A stretch of 64,000 nt of DNA from positions 1,376,001-1,440,000 of the forward strand of contig OY762007.1 in NCBI GenBank assembly GCA_963665115.1. The letters are read 5' to 3'. The position numbers and the translations under genes were made by a program. Source of the DNA: an uncultured Rivularia sp. (GTDB lineage Bacteria; Cyanobacteriota; Cyanobacteriia; Cyanobacteriales; Nostocaceae). This document shows positions 42,983 to 54,290 of the stretch, piece by piece (within the stretch, counting starts at the first letter, position 1; every line of letters starts with the position of its first letter). A model generated the notes under the pieces. That model was not told the DNA's origin. It worked only from the letters and a program-made list of their open reading frames with translations, and did not search any database.

Positions 42983-43429
42983 ATGAAGCTAATGTTGGTA
43001 TGTACTTCCGGAGGTCATTTTTCAACTATGAGAAGATTAGAGTCGTTTTGGTCAAATCACGAGCGGGTATGGGTGACTGACTGGAAAAAAGATACAAATT
43101 TATTGGAGGATGAGGAAAAAGTTCATTGGTTGCCTTATCAAGCTCCCAGAGATATTTGGGCTTTTTTGCATAATCTTCCTCGGGTGTTTAAGTTAGTTCA
43201 TTTTGAACAACCGGATATAGTCGTTTCAACTGGAGCTAGTATCGCCGTTGGCTTTGCTTTTGCAGCTAAATTATTTGGTAAACGGTTTGTCTATGTCGAA
43301 AGTATATCTCGTTCAGAGGAACTGAGTTTATCTGGAAAATTGGTTTATAAATTGAGCGATGAATTTTATGTTCAGTGGCCTAATTTATGTCGTAAGTATC
43401 CAAAAGCAATTTTTAAAGGGTATGCTTAG
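42983..43429 (+). CDS. Alg14/PssD-like glycosyltransferase subunit
   Basis: LVCTSGGH, STGA, YVESISR, SLSGKL, YVQW. Confidence 0.9.
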   Translation: MKLMLVCTSGGHFSTMRRLESFWSNHERVWVTDWKKDTNLLEDEEKVHWLPYQAPRDIWAFLHNLPRVFKLVHFEQPDIVVSTGASIAVGFAFAAKLFGKRFVYVESISRSEELSLSGKLVYKLSDEFYVQWPNLCRKYPKAIFKGYA

Positions 43430-43472
43430 AGGCTTTTATTAAGGTACAAAAATCAATTTGATTTAAAAAAAA

Positions 43473-43957
43473 ATGATTACAGTAACATTAGGAACGATTC
43501 CCTTTTCTTTCGATCGAGCTATTAATTGGCTAGATAGTCTTTTAGACTCTGGGGTAATTTCGGAAAGTATTTTTGTGCAACATGGAACGACTGATGTATC
43601 TAAGCTGGCAAAATATCCTTTCGTAAAAACTACACCAATAGTTGAAACGAGCTTTTTAATGAAGACAATACAAGAGTCTCGGTTGACTATATCTCATGCA
43701 GGGCAGGGGTTAACTCGGGGATTAGCAGATAGGGGAGCGTGTTTTATTTTAGTACCGCGTTTATCTTGTTACAACGAGCATATAGACGACCATCAATTAT
43801 GGTTTGCGCGAGGAGTAGAGAAAATGGGGATACCTTACTGTACTAGTTTAGATAATTTAGAGCAGGCAATAAAATGTCCGCCACCTAGTTTTAAAGGACA
43901 AATATTCGAGGGGGCCCTAGATTAGCAGAGCATTTGATGCAGATATATCCGGCATGA
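43473..43957 (+). CDS. Alg13/PssE-like glycosyltransferase subunit, +1 frameshift at the 3' end
   Basis: VTLGT..F.FDR, ISHAG.G, VPR...EHIDDHQ; removing one base in GGGGGCCC at 43910-43917 gives GPRLAEHLMQIYPA*. Confidence 0.85.
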
Positions 43958-44036
43958 GTCGCAATAATGCAATAATAAAATATTGAAAAACAGAATATAG
44001 CTTAAAAATATTTAAAGATTTGGAGCAAGAGTTCGT

Positions 44037-46076
44037 ATGAATAGAATTGCCAAAATAGCAATACATCACTGGAAACTTCTCTTAGCTTGGAATGTTTTAG
44101 TGCTGGGAATAACTGCGATTAATATCGCGATAACGCCCAAGGTTTGGAATAGCCAAGCACAATTGATATTACCCAACATTACTAGCGATAGTGACGCAGA
44201 TTTAGGGAAATTGGGTAGCGTTAGGGATGGCGGAGTCGTTTTTTCTCAACAGATAAATCCGCTAAATATCCTTTCTTCCATTGCCATGAGCGACGATGTT
44301 GTTGAAAAAGTATGGCAAAATGATCCAGAGAAAGATGAATTTTCTCGATTGAGCAATTTTAAGAAGCTGTTTGAAATTTCCCCCGAAAAAGAATCTACCG
44401 TTATATCTCTCTCTGCTGAAGGTTCTAGCCCCGAATTAGCCAGAAAGCGAGCAACTGCATTAATTGCAGCATTTCGCGATCGCGTACAGGAATTGCGTTT
44501 GGATGAAGCACAACAGCGATCGCAATTTATGCAGCCGGAAGTCAAGCTCGCTGCACAGAAGTTGCTGAAGGCACAACAAGCATTAAGTGAATTCAAGCAA
44601 AAAACTAATTTGGTCAACTCCGAGGAGCAGACGAAAGAAATTATTTCAGCTATCAATACTTTGAAAACGGAACAAGCTCAAGCAATAGCCCAAGCCAAAG
44701 CCGCTGAAGCTACGGTAAATACGCTATCGGCTCGGGTAAATATGAGTCCGGGGGCAGCAGTAAATTCTGTCAAACTCAAAGAATATAAGGAGTATCAATT
44801 AGTTCGGGACAAATTAAGTGAAGTTGAAGTTGAGTTGGTAGAGAGCTTAGGAAAATTAACCGGCAATCATCCCGAAGTGCAGAATTTACAGTATCAACGG
44901 GCTGTTTTACGCAACCAACTCAACCAGTTTATTAATGCTGCGAAATCTGATGCAGGAGCCATTAATAATGTGAATAAAATTATGGGCGACAACAGCGCTA
45001 ATTTAGCTGAAAGGCTGATTGTGGCAGAAAGTGAAGCTGTAGGAATGGTGGAAAAAGTAGGACAACTGCAACCCCAGATCGATGGATTGAATGCAAGTTT
45101 AAATTCTTTACCTAAAAAACAAGCCAAATTACTCGAATTGCAACGACAATATGATATCGCCGAAGGGGTTTACAACGGAGTAGTTGCACAAGCCGAACAA
45201 TCAAAACTCGGTGCTTTCAGCGCTTATCCCAGCACTCAAGTATTAGCTAAACCTTTACTAAATACTAAACCAACCGGACCTAAATTAAGATTGATGATAC
45301 TTGGAGCATTGCTAGCTTCCGGTTTTGGTAGTGCTGCGATCGTACTGTTTTTGGAAAACCGCAATCCTTTACTCAGCCCCAAAGATATTCAGCAAACCAA
45401 CATTCCGGTACTTGCGAGCATTCCCTACATCAAAAACATCAATGTCAAATCCGAGCAAAAACTCGGAGGAGAAATCGAGTTTCAGCGCTTGGCTTCCGCA
45501 GTCAGCTTGATGCAGCTAGATTCTGGCAGGTTGATGATTGCTAGTGCTACCACCTCGGAAGGTAAAACTACAACTAGTTTGGGGTTAGCGAATTCGTTAA
45601 TAAATTTGGGTTTTAAAGTATTACTTGTTGACGGAGATTTCCGCAGAAGCGAACTTTCACAATCTTTAGGTTATCAACTACAACAAACAAAATTGGATTC
45701 GCGATTTGTACATCATCAAGTTCGTCCCAATTTAGATTTGTTATCGGTTAACATTACCGAAGATAAAATTTCCGAGTTTGTTGCTCGTGGAGAATTTGAA
45801 CAACATTTGAATTTCGTACAAACTAATAATAACTACGATTATGTATTAGTTGATAGTTCTCCAGTTACTCTGACACCCGAAGCAGCATTACTGGCAAAAA
45901 TAATTAAACAAGTTCTGTTTGTAGTCCGTTCCACTAGCAGCCATCGGAACTATTTTTGCGACAGTATTGAACAATTAACCAGACATAAAGCAGAAATTGC
46001 TGGATTAGTAGTTAACGGTGTAGAAACAAGAGCGCAAGGCTATATGTACGGTCAAAATGTTGCTCAAGTAGACTAA
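44037..46076 (+). CDS. Wzc/GumC-type polysaccharide co-polymerase with tyrosine kinase domain
   Basis: N-terminal TM, coiled coils, second TM, Walker A SEGKTT, VDGDFRR, Tyr-containing tail. Confidence 0.9.
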   Translation: MNRIAKIAIHHWKLLLAWNVLVLGITAINIAITPKVWNSQAQLILPNITSDSDADLGKLGSVRDGGVVFSQQINPLNILSSIAMSDDVVEKVWQNDPEKDEFSRLSNFKKLFEISPEKESTVISLSAEGSSPELARKRATALIAAFRDRVQELRLDEAQQRSQFMQPEVKLAAQKLLKAQQALSEFKQKTNLVNSEEQTKEIISAINTLKTEQAQAIAQAKAAEATVNTLSARVNMSPGAAVNSVKLKEYKEYQLVRDKLSEVEVELVESLGKLTGNHPEVQNLQYQRAVLRNQLNQFINAAKSDAGAINNVNKIMGDNSANLAERLIVAESEAVGMVEKVGQLQPQIDGLNASLNSLPKKQAKLLELQRQYDIAEGVYNGVVAQAEQSKLGAFSAYPSTQVLAKPLLNTKPTGPKLRLMILGALLASGFGSAAIVLFLENRNPLLSPKDIQQTNIPVLASIPYIKNINVKSEQKLGGEIEFQRLASAVSLMQLDSGRLMIASATTSEGKTTTSLGLANSLINLGFKVLLVDGDFRRSELSQSLGYQLQQTKLDSRFVHHQVRPNLDLLSVNITEDKISEFVARGEFEQHLNFVQTNNNYDYVLVDSSPVTLTPEAALLAKIIKQVLFVVRSTSSHRNYFCDSIEQLTRHKAEIAGLVVNGVETRAQGYMYGQNVAQVD

Positions 46077-46104
46077 GCAAGTAGTTAATTAATAAAAAAA
46101 ATTA

Positions 46105-47487
46105 ATGAACCAGCAATTGGGGTTAAAATCTATTTCTAAAAACACACCGGAGGATAGTAATTTATTCTCCGGAATGTGGATTCGTTGGGAAAAATTAACG
46201 CTCGCAGAAAAGATTGTTTGTGCGAACATAACTTTAATCCCTTTATGGTGGATGTGGGGTTGGAGGCTTTATTTTATCTTTTTGGTAGCGGGTATTGTTA
46301 TTTATGAATGGTATAACAATAAAGAAATCCGTCTTTCCCGTCCGAGTATTGCTGCCGTTGGAATTATCGCATACGGTTTATATGTTTTAATCGTGCGATA
46401 TTTTTATGCACAAATGGAGGGTTTACCGCTAAATTTTCATACTGTAATGTCACCTATAAATGACGTAGTTTTCTTCGGTTTATCGCTATGGTACGTTCAA
46501 GATAGAAAAATACGTATTCGTCTTTCTACTGTTTGTTGGGCTTTTACAGTTTTAATCGCCACGATGTTGGTAACATGGGCGGTAATTTATTTTGGCTTAA
46601 ATCAAGCAGACTATGCAGTTCCTCATTCAATTTATGGTATTTTAACTGGTAAATCAGGAGAGTTTACACCAGGAGACGGTAATCGCAATTACTTAATGCC
46701 TTACTTTCCTACAGATGAATCTATAGGGGGAATGGTTCGTTATTTATACTTTTTTAGTGGCCCGGAAGCTTTAGCTTTAGCAATGGGTTTTATTTGCTTA
46801 TTATCGCTGGATATTAAAAATCGTTTTTGGTCAGTTTTTTTATTATTAGGTTCTGCCTTTTTACTACTTACAAGTGGAACTCGTTCGGTTTGGGTTAGTT
46901 TACCAATTGTTTTAAGTTTGCGATATTTATTCACTGCGGGTAAGATTTTTGGTCCTGCATTTATTTGCGGATTATTAGCAATTGTCAGCTTGAGTTCTTT
47001 GTCGGTTCCTGTTATTAGTAATGCAATAGTAGATAATATCACGAATACCGCCGAAAAAACAGCAAATGCTCGTGCAGATTCTACAGAAGTTCGTGGCGAA
47101 ATTTATAGATTGACAATCAAAGGTATAGAAGATGCCGATAATTCACAATTCATTTTTGGTCATGTATTTAATGGAGAAGGAGTTTTACCAGGATATAAAC
47201 CGGCACAAGTTGGAACTCATAGCTTTATTTTAGGAACCTTACTTTATCGAGGAGGTTTGTTAGGAACTACATTTTTCTTAACTTTTTGGATATCGCTACT
47301 TTGGGGGTTATATAAAACGCGATATGACAGACCTTCATGTCTTTTTGTGTTTGTACTTTTTAGCTTAACATTTGTCACAATGGAGTTAGAAATGCCCGTT
47401 TTACCGATTAGTCTTCTCTGTATTATGCTTCGTACAAATACAGATTCTTCTCAACGAGAGATTAAAGCTTTTTATTCAGGTTTGTAG
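46105..47487 (+). CDS. Wzy/O-antigen-ligase-like polymerase
   Basis: Multi-TM; TSGTRS, ST.VRG.IY, GTHS...G.LG; inside EPS operon. Confidence 0.8.
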   Translation: MNQQLGLKSISKNTPEDSNLFSGMWIRWEKLTLAEKIVCANITLIPLWWMWGWRLYFIFLVAGIVIYEWYNNKEIRLSRPSIAAVGIIAYGLYVLIVRYFYAQMEGLPLNFHTVMSPINDVVFFGLSLWYVQDRKIRIRLSTVCWAFTVLIATMLVTWAVIYFGLNQADYAVPHSIYGILTGKSGEFTPGDGNRNYLMPYFPTDESIGGMVRYLYFFSGPEALALAMGFICLLSLDIKNRFWSVFLLLGSAFLLLTSGTRSVWVSLPIVLSLRYLFTAGKIFGPAFICGLLAIVSLSSLSVPVISNAIVDNITNTAEKTANARADSTEVRGEIYRLTIKGIEDADNSQFIFGHVFNGEGVLPGYKPAQVGTHSFILGTLLYRGGLLGTTFFLTFWISLLWGLYKTRYDRPSCLFVFVLFSLTFVTMELEMPVLPISLLCIMLRTNTDSSQREIKAFYSGL

Positions 47488-47631
47488 TAAGCGATTTATC
47501 GCTTTGTCTAAGGGCTGAAGCCCTGACTACGAACCTTTATTTCTGATGGTGTAGTCAGGATTTTAATTCTTGGGAAAGAGACGCTAAAGCGCTTACTACG
47601 AAACTTTTTAACTAGTATGCGGAGGAAATAA

Positions 47632-48741
47632 ATGTTAGATGAATATGCAAGCAGCAATCAAATAAATGCTGATTCAGAAAATCCTTTAGTCAGCGTAATT
47701 ATTGGCAACTATAACTACGGTGGCTTTATTGCTGAAGCAATCGAAAGCGTTTTGCATCAAACATACAAAAATTTTGAATTAATAGTTGTAGATGATGGTT
47801 CAACAGATAATTCGCGAGAGATTATAAGCAGTTATCAAGATAAATTAACGGCGATATTTCAGAAAAATGGAGGGCAAGGTGCGGCATTTAATGCTGGATT
47901 TGCAGCTTCAAAAGGTGAGATTATTTGTTTTTTAGATTCAGATGATTATTATTACAAAACAAAATTAGCAAAAGTTGTAGAAGTGTTTAATCAAAATCCC
48001 GATTGGGTGCAAATTTCTCACGGTAGAACTTCAGTTAAGGCAGATGGAACAATTATCGGACGAGATCCAACTTTTTGCAATCAAGGTGATGTTACTCCTC
48101 TATTATTAAAATGGGGTAGATATGCTTGGGCGGTGACTTCAGCTTTAGCATATAGACGTTCGGTGTTAGAGAAAGTTTTACCTTTTCCCAAACGTCCCCG
48201 TGGAGGAGATACTTATTTAACTGCAACAGTACCTTTTTATGGAAACATCGGATATGTCAAAGAACCTTTAATGTTTTACCGACATCACGGTAATAATATG
48301 AATGCGGGAACCAATAATTTACAACATCTAATCGAACAGCGGGAAGATACAGCTAAATGTATAAATAAAGCTGCTCGTAAAATAGGAATAACAGAAACTT
48401 TTGATATTGCAAGAGATGCCGATTATCGCAGTTTAAAAGTAATAGAAAAAGGTGTGAGTTCTCCAAAAGAGGCGATTAAAATATTTTGGATAACCTGTCT
48501 CGAAAGTAGAGCTATAGGTCATAGTAGTAAAGATACTATCGAAAGATTTGTAAGAAGAGGTATATGTAGTTTATTTCCTCAAGAAGCAGATTTGTATTTA
48601 CGTTTAAAACTCCGGCTTTATCTCCATTTAAAGCTGATGGAATATCGCAATTTACTGTTGAGTCGAATACATCTGAAACCTCACCCTGATTCCCTTTCCT
48701 TGTTAAAAAGAAAGATGTCTAAAAGTGAGGCAAAGAAGTAA
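47632..48741 (+). CDS. glycosyltransferase family 2
   Basis: VSVII.NYN, VDDGSTD, FLDSDD. Confidence 0.93.
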   Translation: MLDEYASSNQINADSENPLVSVIIGNYNYGGFIAEAIESVLHQTYKNFELIVVDDGSTDNSREIISSYQDKLTAIFQKNGGQGAAFNAGFAASKGEIICFLDSDDYYYKTKLAKVVEVFNQNPDWVQISHGRTSVKADGTIIGRDPTFCNQGDVTPLLLKWGRYAWAVTSALAYRRSVLEKVLPFPKRPRGGDTYLTATVPFYGNIGYVKEPLMFYRHHGNNMNAGTNNLQHLIEQREDTAKCINKAARKIGITETFDIARDADYRSLKVIEKGVSSPKEAIKIFWITCLESRAIGHSSKDTIERFVRRGICSLFPQEADLYLRLKLRLYLHLKLMEYRNLLLSRIHLKPHPDSLSLLKRKMSKSEAKK

Positions 48742-48800
48742 ATGTCGCGTATCCAAATCAAACAACTAAACATTAGTGTATTTTTATTAAAAAGGCATCT

Positions 48801-50001
48801 ATGACAACTTCACTATCTAAAAATATAATATTTGATCAAAAGCAACCTCTAGCACAGAAACTATTAATCATACCGGGATATTGCGATGTTTTGGGAGGTA
48901 CAAATGTTAGTCTTTTAATGCTGGCTAAAGGATTTGCACTCTGTGGATTATCAGACAATTTATGCGTTTTAATTCAGAAAGATTCATTTCTGGAACATTA
49001 TTTTCGAGATGCAGGTTTGGATAATTGTGTAAAACTGATTGAAGCAGTTAATGCCAATCAATTTTTAAAAAAAGCACTGCGATGGGTAGGAAGACAACCG
49101 CAGGAATTTCCTTTACTGTTAGACAATTGTGTTTGGCGGAATTACTTACCAATACTGACATTATTCTCGCCATATCTTCGTTTGAGCGGGCGTAAACTCT
49201 ATCATTTTTGTCACGATTTGGCGTTGTCTTACAATAAACTGGGATATTTAGCCAGAAAGATAACTTTTGCCAGTCTTTCTCCCGGTGCCATTTGTAATTC
49301 ACAATTTACAGCAGAACATATTCGTGGTTTCATGCCGGATATTCGAGGAATTCTTTATCAACCTGTAGATTTTGAAAAGTTTAATATCCAAAGTGCAAGT
49401 AGCGCTCCTCCCGATAATTTGAAATCTATAATAAATTCTGGTGCGAGGATAATCCTTACTCCTTCGCGAATTAACAAACCTAAAATTGTTAACGACAAAA
49501 ATTTACGAGCATTAATTCCGGTATTGGCACATTTAAAAACAATGGGTGAAAATTATCATGCAGTTACTATGGGTGAAGATCAATCTCCCGGAAAGATTTA
49601 CAGCCAGGATTTAAGAGAAAGCGCCATTAATGCAGGAGTTGCAGACAGATTCACGATTTTACCCGCTGCTTTAAATATTGAAGATTATTACAAACGTGCA
49701 GATATAGTAGTTACCCTTGCTCCGCGAGAAACCCTTTGGGCGCACGGTTGTAGAAGCAATTGCTTGTAATGTGCCGGTAGTTGGTAGCAATACGGGTGGC
49801 ATTAACGAGATTTTGCAAAATTTTGCTCCTGAATGGACTGTCAACCCCGATGATTCTATGGAAGTAGCCAAAACCATTATTGATGTCACGAAAAATTCTC
49901 ATAAACAAGAGCTTTTAATAAAAGGTCAAAATTGGGTTGAAAATCAATGTAGCTTAGAAAATTATGCTTTAGGGATGATAAAGTTTACGGGTTTAAATTA
50001 G
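48801..50001 (+). CDS. glycosyltransferase family 4, +1 frameshift
   Basis: Removing one A at 49729-49731 gives LAPREPFGRTVVEAIAC.VPVVGS..GGI.E (EX7E motif). Confidence 0.88.
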
Positions 50002-50063
50002 TTATCGCTGACAAAATAATATTTAAATTTACGAATTATCCTAATTAAAGATATATTCTTTCT

Positions 50064-51194
50064 ATGAATAAAGTTATTTTTTTTTCAGGTGCAAATCCTC
50101 CCCAAACAGGAGGGGAACTCTACAACTTTAAACTTTCGCAATATCTAGAACAGCAAGGATGGCAACAAGAGTATGTCAGCTTGCATGAAAAAAGACATTA
50201 TTTGAGACTTAGCAAAATACCACTTTTTGGAGATATTATAGCTTCGCTTATATTCGCGATAATTTTGTTTAAATATAGGGGAAAAGGTATTTTAGTTGAA
50301 GATCATTATTTCAGTAAATATCTATTTTTAACAAATATTCTTCACCGCGTTTTATTTAAAAGTAAAATTGTTGTTATCGTACATCTTTTTTACAGTTATG
50401 ACAGTAGCGATAAATTTTTTATCAGAAGGTTTATTAACAGAACAATAGAAAAAATTAAATTATCCTTTGCCGATGTAATTATTACTAGCAGCGAATATTC
50501 TAAAAGCGAAATAGTTTCCGTAGGAATTAATCCCGACTCAGTTCATGTTTTATCACCTGGACTCGATCGAGAAAAATATAATATTTCATATTCATCTAAT
50601 AGATCGGATAGTAAAAAAATCTTATGTGTCGGTAATTACGTTCCGAGGAAAGGTATAATCTATGCGATCGAAGCTTTATCGCAAATAGAACGTCAAAATT
50701 ACAGCTTACATTTAGTAGGAAATCGTAAAAATAATTCTAGTTATTACAATCAATTAAACAATGCTGTAGAAAAACTTAAGTTAACAGAATGCGTCGTTTT
50801 TCACGATGGTTCAGATCAAGAAAATATTAAACAGTTGTATGCTTCTGCCGATATTTTTGTTCTGCCTTCATTCAAAGAAACCTTTGGGATTGTCTTTTTA
50901 GAAGCGATGCATTACGGATTACCAATAATTACAACAAATGTTTCGGCAATGCCAGAATTAATTGAAGAAGGTAAAAATGGTTTTTTAGTTCCACCCGCCG
51001 ATTCACAAGCTTTAGCCAAAGCTATATCAACATTAATTGAAAACCCTGATTTACGCAAACAAATGGGGGAGGCAGGGCGTAAGAAAGTTGCGGATTCTTA
51101 TTATTGGGAGCAGAGTGGTTTTAAGTTTGTTGCTATTCTTGAAAGTTTGAAGGGAGAGGGGGGAGAGGGGGGAGAGGGGAAAATTAATTTATAA
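50064..51194 (+). CDS. glycosyltransferase family 4
   Basis: VGN..PRKG, DIFVLPS..ETFGIVFLEAM. Confidence 0.93.
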   Translation: MNKVIFFSGANPPQTGGELYNFKLSQYLEQQGWQQEYVSLHEKRHYLRLSKIPLFGDIIASLIFAIILFKYRGKGILVEDHYFSKYLFLTNILHRVLFKSKIVVIVHLFYSYDSSDKFFIRRFINRTIEKIKLSFADVIITSSEYSKSEIVSVGINPDSVHVLSPGLDREKYNISYSSNRSDSKKILCVGNYVPRKGIIYAIEALSQIERQNYSLHLVGNRKNNSSYYNQLNNAVEKLKLTECVVFHDGSDQENIKQLYASADIFVLPSFKETFGIVFLEAMHYGLPIITTNVSAMPELIEEGKNGFLVPPADSQALAKAISTLIENPDLRKQMGEAGRKKVADSYYWEQSGFKFVAILESLKGEGGEGGEGKINL

Positions 51195-52612
51195 TTTATA
51201 ATTACCAATTACCAATTACCAATTACCAATTACCAATTACCAATTACCAATCCCCAATTACCAATTACCAATTCTTAACTAAAATGCAAATTTCGTCACT
51301 TGAGAAGACTGCAATTAAAGAAAAAACTTTTTCGCGGGATATTTTGGTTGTTTCGCGTACTTTTTTTCCGAAGGAAGGTGGTATTGAAGAGTATGTATAT
51401 AACCGCTGTCTGCAAAATCCTCAAGGAACAATTTTGTTAACAGCAACTTTTGCAGGTTATCAAGATTTTGATAAAAATCAAGAGTTTCCCATACATCGTT
51501 GGTATTTACCAAAAATACCTCGTTTGTTTGGTTTGGGAGCGATAATCAAACAAGTTTGGAATATGTTTTGGTCGTTTATTTTAGCAATTAAACTTTATTT
51601 TCGCTATGGCTATAGATGTATTGAGTGGGGACACGGTTACGATTTTCCTGCTATTTTCCTGTTAAGCTATATTCTACCTATTGAATTTTTTATCTACGTA
51701 CATGGCAACGATATTCTTTGTCCTTTGCGTAATCCCATATTGAAAAAATTATTTGAATTAACTTTGCAACGCAGTACGGGTATTGTTTGCAATAGTTCTT
51801 TCACGAGGGATTATCTCAGCGAAAAGTTTAATTTTAATTCTCCTACTTATGTAATTAATCCTATAGTTAGAGCAGACAAATTTGGCGTTAATGCTACAAA
51901 TCAACAGTATCTTGAAAATTCGCGGTTGAATATCCGTAAAAAATACAATATTCCTGAAAATGCAATCGTAATTCTTTCTGTGGGAAGATTGGTAAAACGT
52001 AAAGGTTTCGGACAAGTAATCGATAATCTAAATCAACTTTTAGAGCGAGGTTTAGATGTCCACTATATAATTTGTGGCAGAGGAAAAATGCAGTCCGAGT
52101 TAGAACAAAAAGCTTCTCAATTACAGCTTGCACAAAGAGTACATTTTGCCGGATTCGTATCTGATGCAGACTTAGCTGATTATTACGCAGCCTGTGACAT
52201 CTTCGCCATGCTGACGTTTTTTGATACCGAAAGCGCCAGTATAGAAGGATTTGGCATAGTTTACGCCGAAGCAGGTTATTTTGGTAAACCCGTAATCGCC
52301 TCCCGCGTCGGTGGTGTAGAAGATGCAGTACATCACGAAGAAAACGGTTTATTAGTCACTCCAAATTCCCCAGAAAAGATTTCCCAAGCATTGATTCGGT
52401 TGTGTGAAGACAAGCAACTTCGCGAAAAATTAGGAAGTAAAGGGATGGAGTTGGCAAGACAGTTAGCAGTTAACAGTGAGCAGTTATAAATTGGGCATGG
52501 GTAATTGGTAATTGGTAATTGGTAATTGGTAATTGGTAATTATAAATTAAATTTCCCCCCCCTCTCCCCCCTCTCCCCCATCTTCCCCCTCTTCCCCCTC
52601 TCTCCCCTCTCC
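51152..52612. repeat. inverted composite repeat arms (51152-51272 and 52500-52612) flanking a GT4 gene
   Basis: (GGGGGAGAG)n-AAATTAATTTATAATT-(ACCAATT)n on the left; near reverse complement on the right. Confidence 0.8.
51284..52489 (+). CDS. glycosyltransferase family 4
   Basis: SVGRLVKRKG, EGFGIVYAEA, PVIASRVGG. Confidence 0.93.
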   Translation: MQISSLEKTAIKEKTFSRDILVVSRTFFPKEGGIEEYVYNRCLQNPQGTILLTATFAGYQDFDKNQEFPIHRWYLPKIPRLFGLGAIIKQVWNMFWSFILAIKLYFRYGYRCIEWGHGYDFPAIFLLSYILPIEFFIYVHGNDILCPLRNPILKKLFELTLQRSTGIVCNSSFTRDYLSEKFNFNSPTYVINPIVRADKFGVNATNQQYLENSRLNIRKKYNIPENAIVILSVGRLVKRKGFGQVIDNLNQLLERGLDVHYIICGRGKMQSELEQKASQLQLAQRVHFAGFVSDADLADYYAACDIFAMLTFFDTESASIEGFGIVYAEAGYFGKPVIASRVGGVEDAVHHEENGLLVTPNSPEKISQALIRLCEDKQLREKLGSKGMELARQLAVNSEQL

Positions 52613-52615
52613 ATC

Positions 52616-54073
52616 ATGACTAAAATAAGTACTAAAAAAATAGCTTCAAGCGGCTTGTGGCTGACTGCTAGTTTCGGTTTTGCCAAAGTTTCTCAACTAG
52701 TTGCTCAAATATTTCTGGCGCGTCTTTTATCTCCTGAAGACTTTGGTGTTTGGGGTATGGTGCTGATTGTGACAACTCTTTCGGCTTTGTTTAAAGATGC
52801 TGCGATCGCGATGGTTTTGGTGCAGCGGGGTTTGGATGATAAAAAGCTGGTGAATGCTGTTTATAGCTTGGGTGTGAATATCTCTGTGGTGATGTTTGTT
52901 ATCCAAGCTTTGGCTGGTTTTCCCTTATCGAAATTTTTTGATGAACCTTTAGTCTTTCCGCTGACTTTAACTGTAGCCTGTATCTTTTTAATCGGTGCGG
53001 GTGCGGGTTCTCACGGTGCTGTATTGCAGCGACAAATGAAATTTAGGGAGTTGGCGATCGCCGATAGTTGTGCGGGATTTGCACGTTTTGCGGCTGCGGT
53101 GGTTTGTGCGTTTTTCGGTGGTGGAGTTTGGTGTTTTGCGGTTGCGGAAGTATTGATGTCTATAGTTGATGCTTTATTAAAACGTTATTTTAGCCGATAT
53201 CATTTTCAATATCATTTCAAACCAGATAAGCAAGCAATTCGTGAGGTGCGTGCTTATATTAGCAGCTTAATCGGAATTAATTTAGCTGTTTACGTCAATA
53301 CTAATGCCGATAATTTAATTATTGGTAGATTAATTGGAGCTACGTCTTTAGGTTACTACAATTTGGCTTATCAACTGGCTATGTTACCAACATTTGCTCT
53401 CTCGCAAATTAACCGCATTAACTTGTCGGTAATGTCGCAGCGAGATGATGATGGTAGAAAAATATACCTTTGTCAGATGTTGGAAATGTATGCTGTATTG
53501 TATGCTGCGGTTTACGGTGTGGGGTTTGTTGTTGCACCGTGGATTATTCCTTTAGTATATGGCAAGCAATGGATGGCAGCAGTAAGCATCTTTCAAATAG
53601 TGATGATTTTCGCTTATGCAAGAGGTTTTATGTCAATTCTTGGTACGGCTTTGAATGCTATAGATAAACCAAATATCAATGCTGCGATTAACTGGATTTT
53701 AGTACCGCTTTCCATTACGGCATTCTTTGTAGGAGCTAACTTGGGAGGAGTCAGAGGAGTGGCGATCGCTGTTGCTACGGTGATGGGTATTGGTGCAAGC
53801 GTCTGGTTTTGGTTGGCAGTAAGTTATGCTGCAAAATGGAATATTATGGACTTGTTTAAACCAGTAATATTACCAACTTTAACTATTACAATAGCGTTAT
53901 TAACTGTAATTAATCTTCCCCTATCAGCATCTGTACAAACTTTTATTCAACCATTTTTACTAATTTTAGTTTATGTAGTGGGATTATCAATATTTTCTAT
54001 GGGTAGAATTCCCAAATCATTCGTTAATTTAATTAAAGGTTCTTTAAATACCAAACAAGAGAGTAGCGAGTAG
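52616..54073 (+). CDS. Wzx-type polysaccharide flippase
   Basis: LARLLSPEDFG, D.LIIGRL.G...LGYYNLAY; ATG 52616 chosen because the upstream frame is repeat-derived. Confidence 0.9.
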   Translation: MTKISTKKIASSGLWLTASFGFAKVSQLVAQIFLARLLSPEDFGVWGMVLIVTTLSALFKDAAIAMVLVQRGLDDKKLVNAVYSLGVNISVVMFVIQALAGFPLSKFFDEPLVFPLTLTVACIFLIGAGAGSHGAVLQRQMKFRELAIADSCAGFARFAAAVVCAFFGGGVWCFAVAEVLMSIVDALLKRYFSRYHFQYHFKPDKQAIREVRAYISSLIGINLAVYVNTNADNLIIGRLIGATSLGYYNLAYQLAMLPTFALSQINRINLSVMSQRDDDGRKIYLCQMLEMYAVLYAAVYGVGFVVAPWIIPLVYGKQWMAAVSIFQIVMIFAYARGFMSILGTALNAIDKPNINAAINWILVPLSITAFFVGANLGGVRGVAIAVATVMGIGASVWFWLAVSYAAKWNIMDLFKPVILPTLTITIALLTVINLPLSASVQTFIQPFLLILVYVVGLSIFSMGRIPKSFVNLIKGSLNTKQESSE

Positions 54074-54290
54074 GGTGAAAAAGTAAAAGTTCGCAATAAG
54101 TTAACAGTTAACAATTAACAAAATTTGACAGCCATACAATAAGTTTATAAATCAATACAAACTCAAACGTATTTCTTAGCTCATATATCTAAAAAAAAAG
54201 TGCCTGATAAGCATATATAGAACCATCTAATTTCATGGTTCTAATTTTATATGTATTGCAAGATGTAACCTAATTATTCTATTTACTTAC

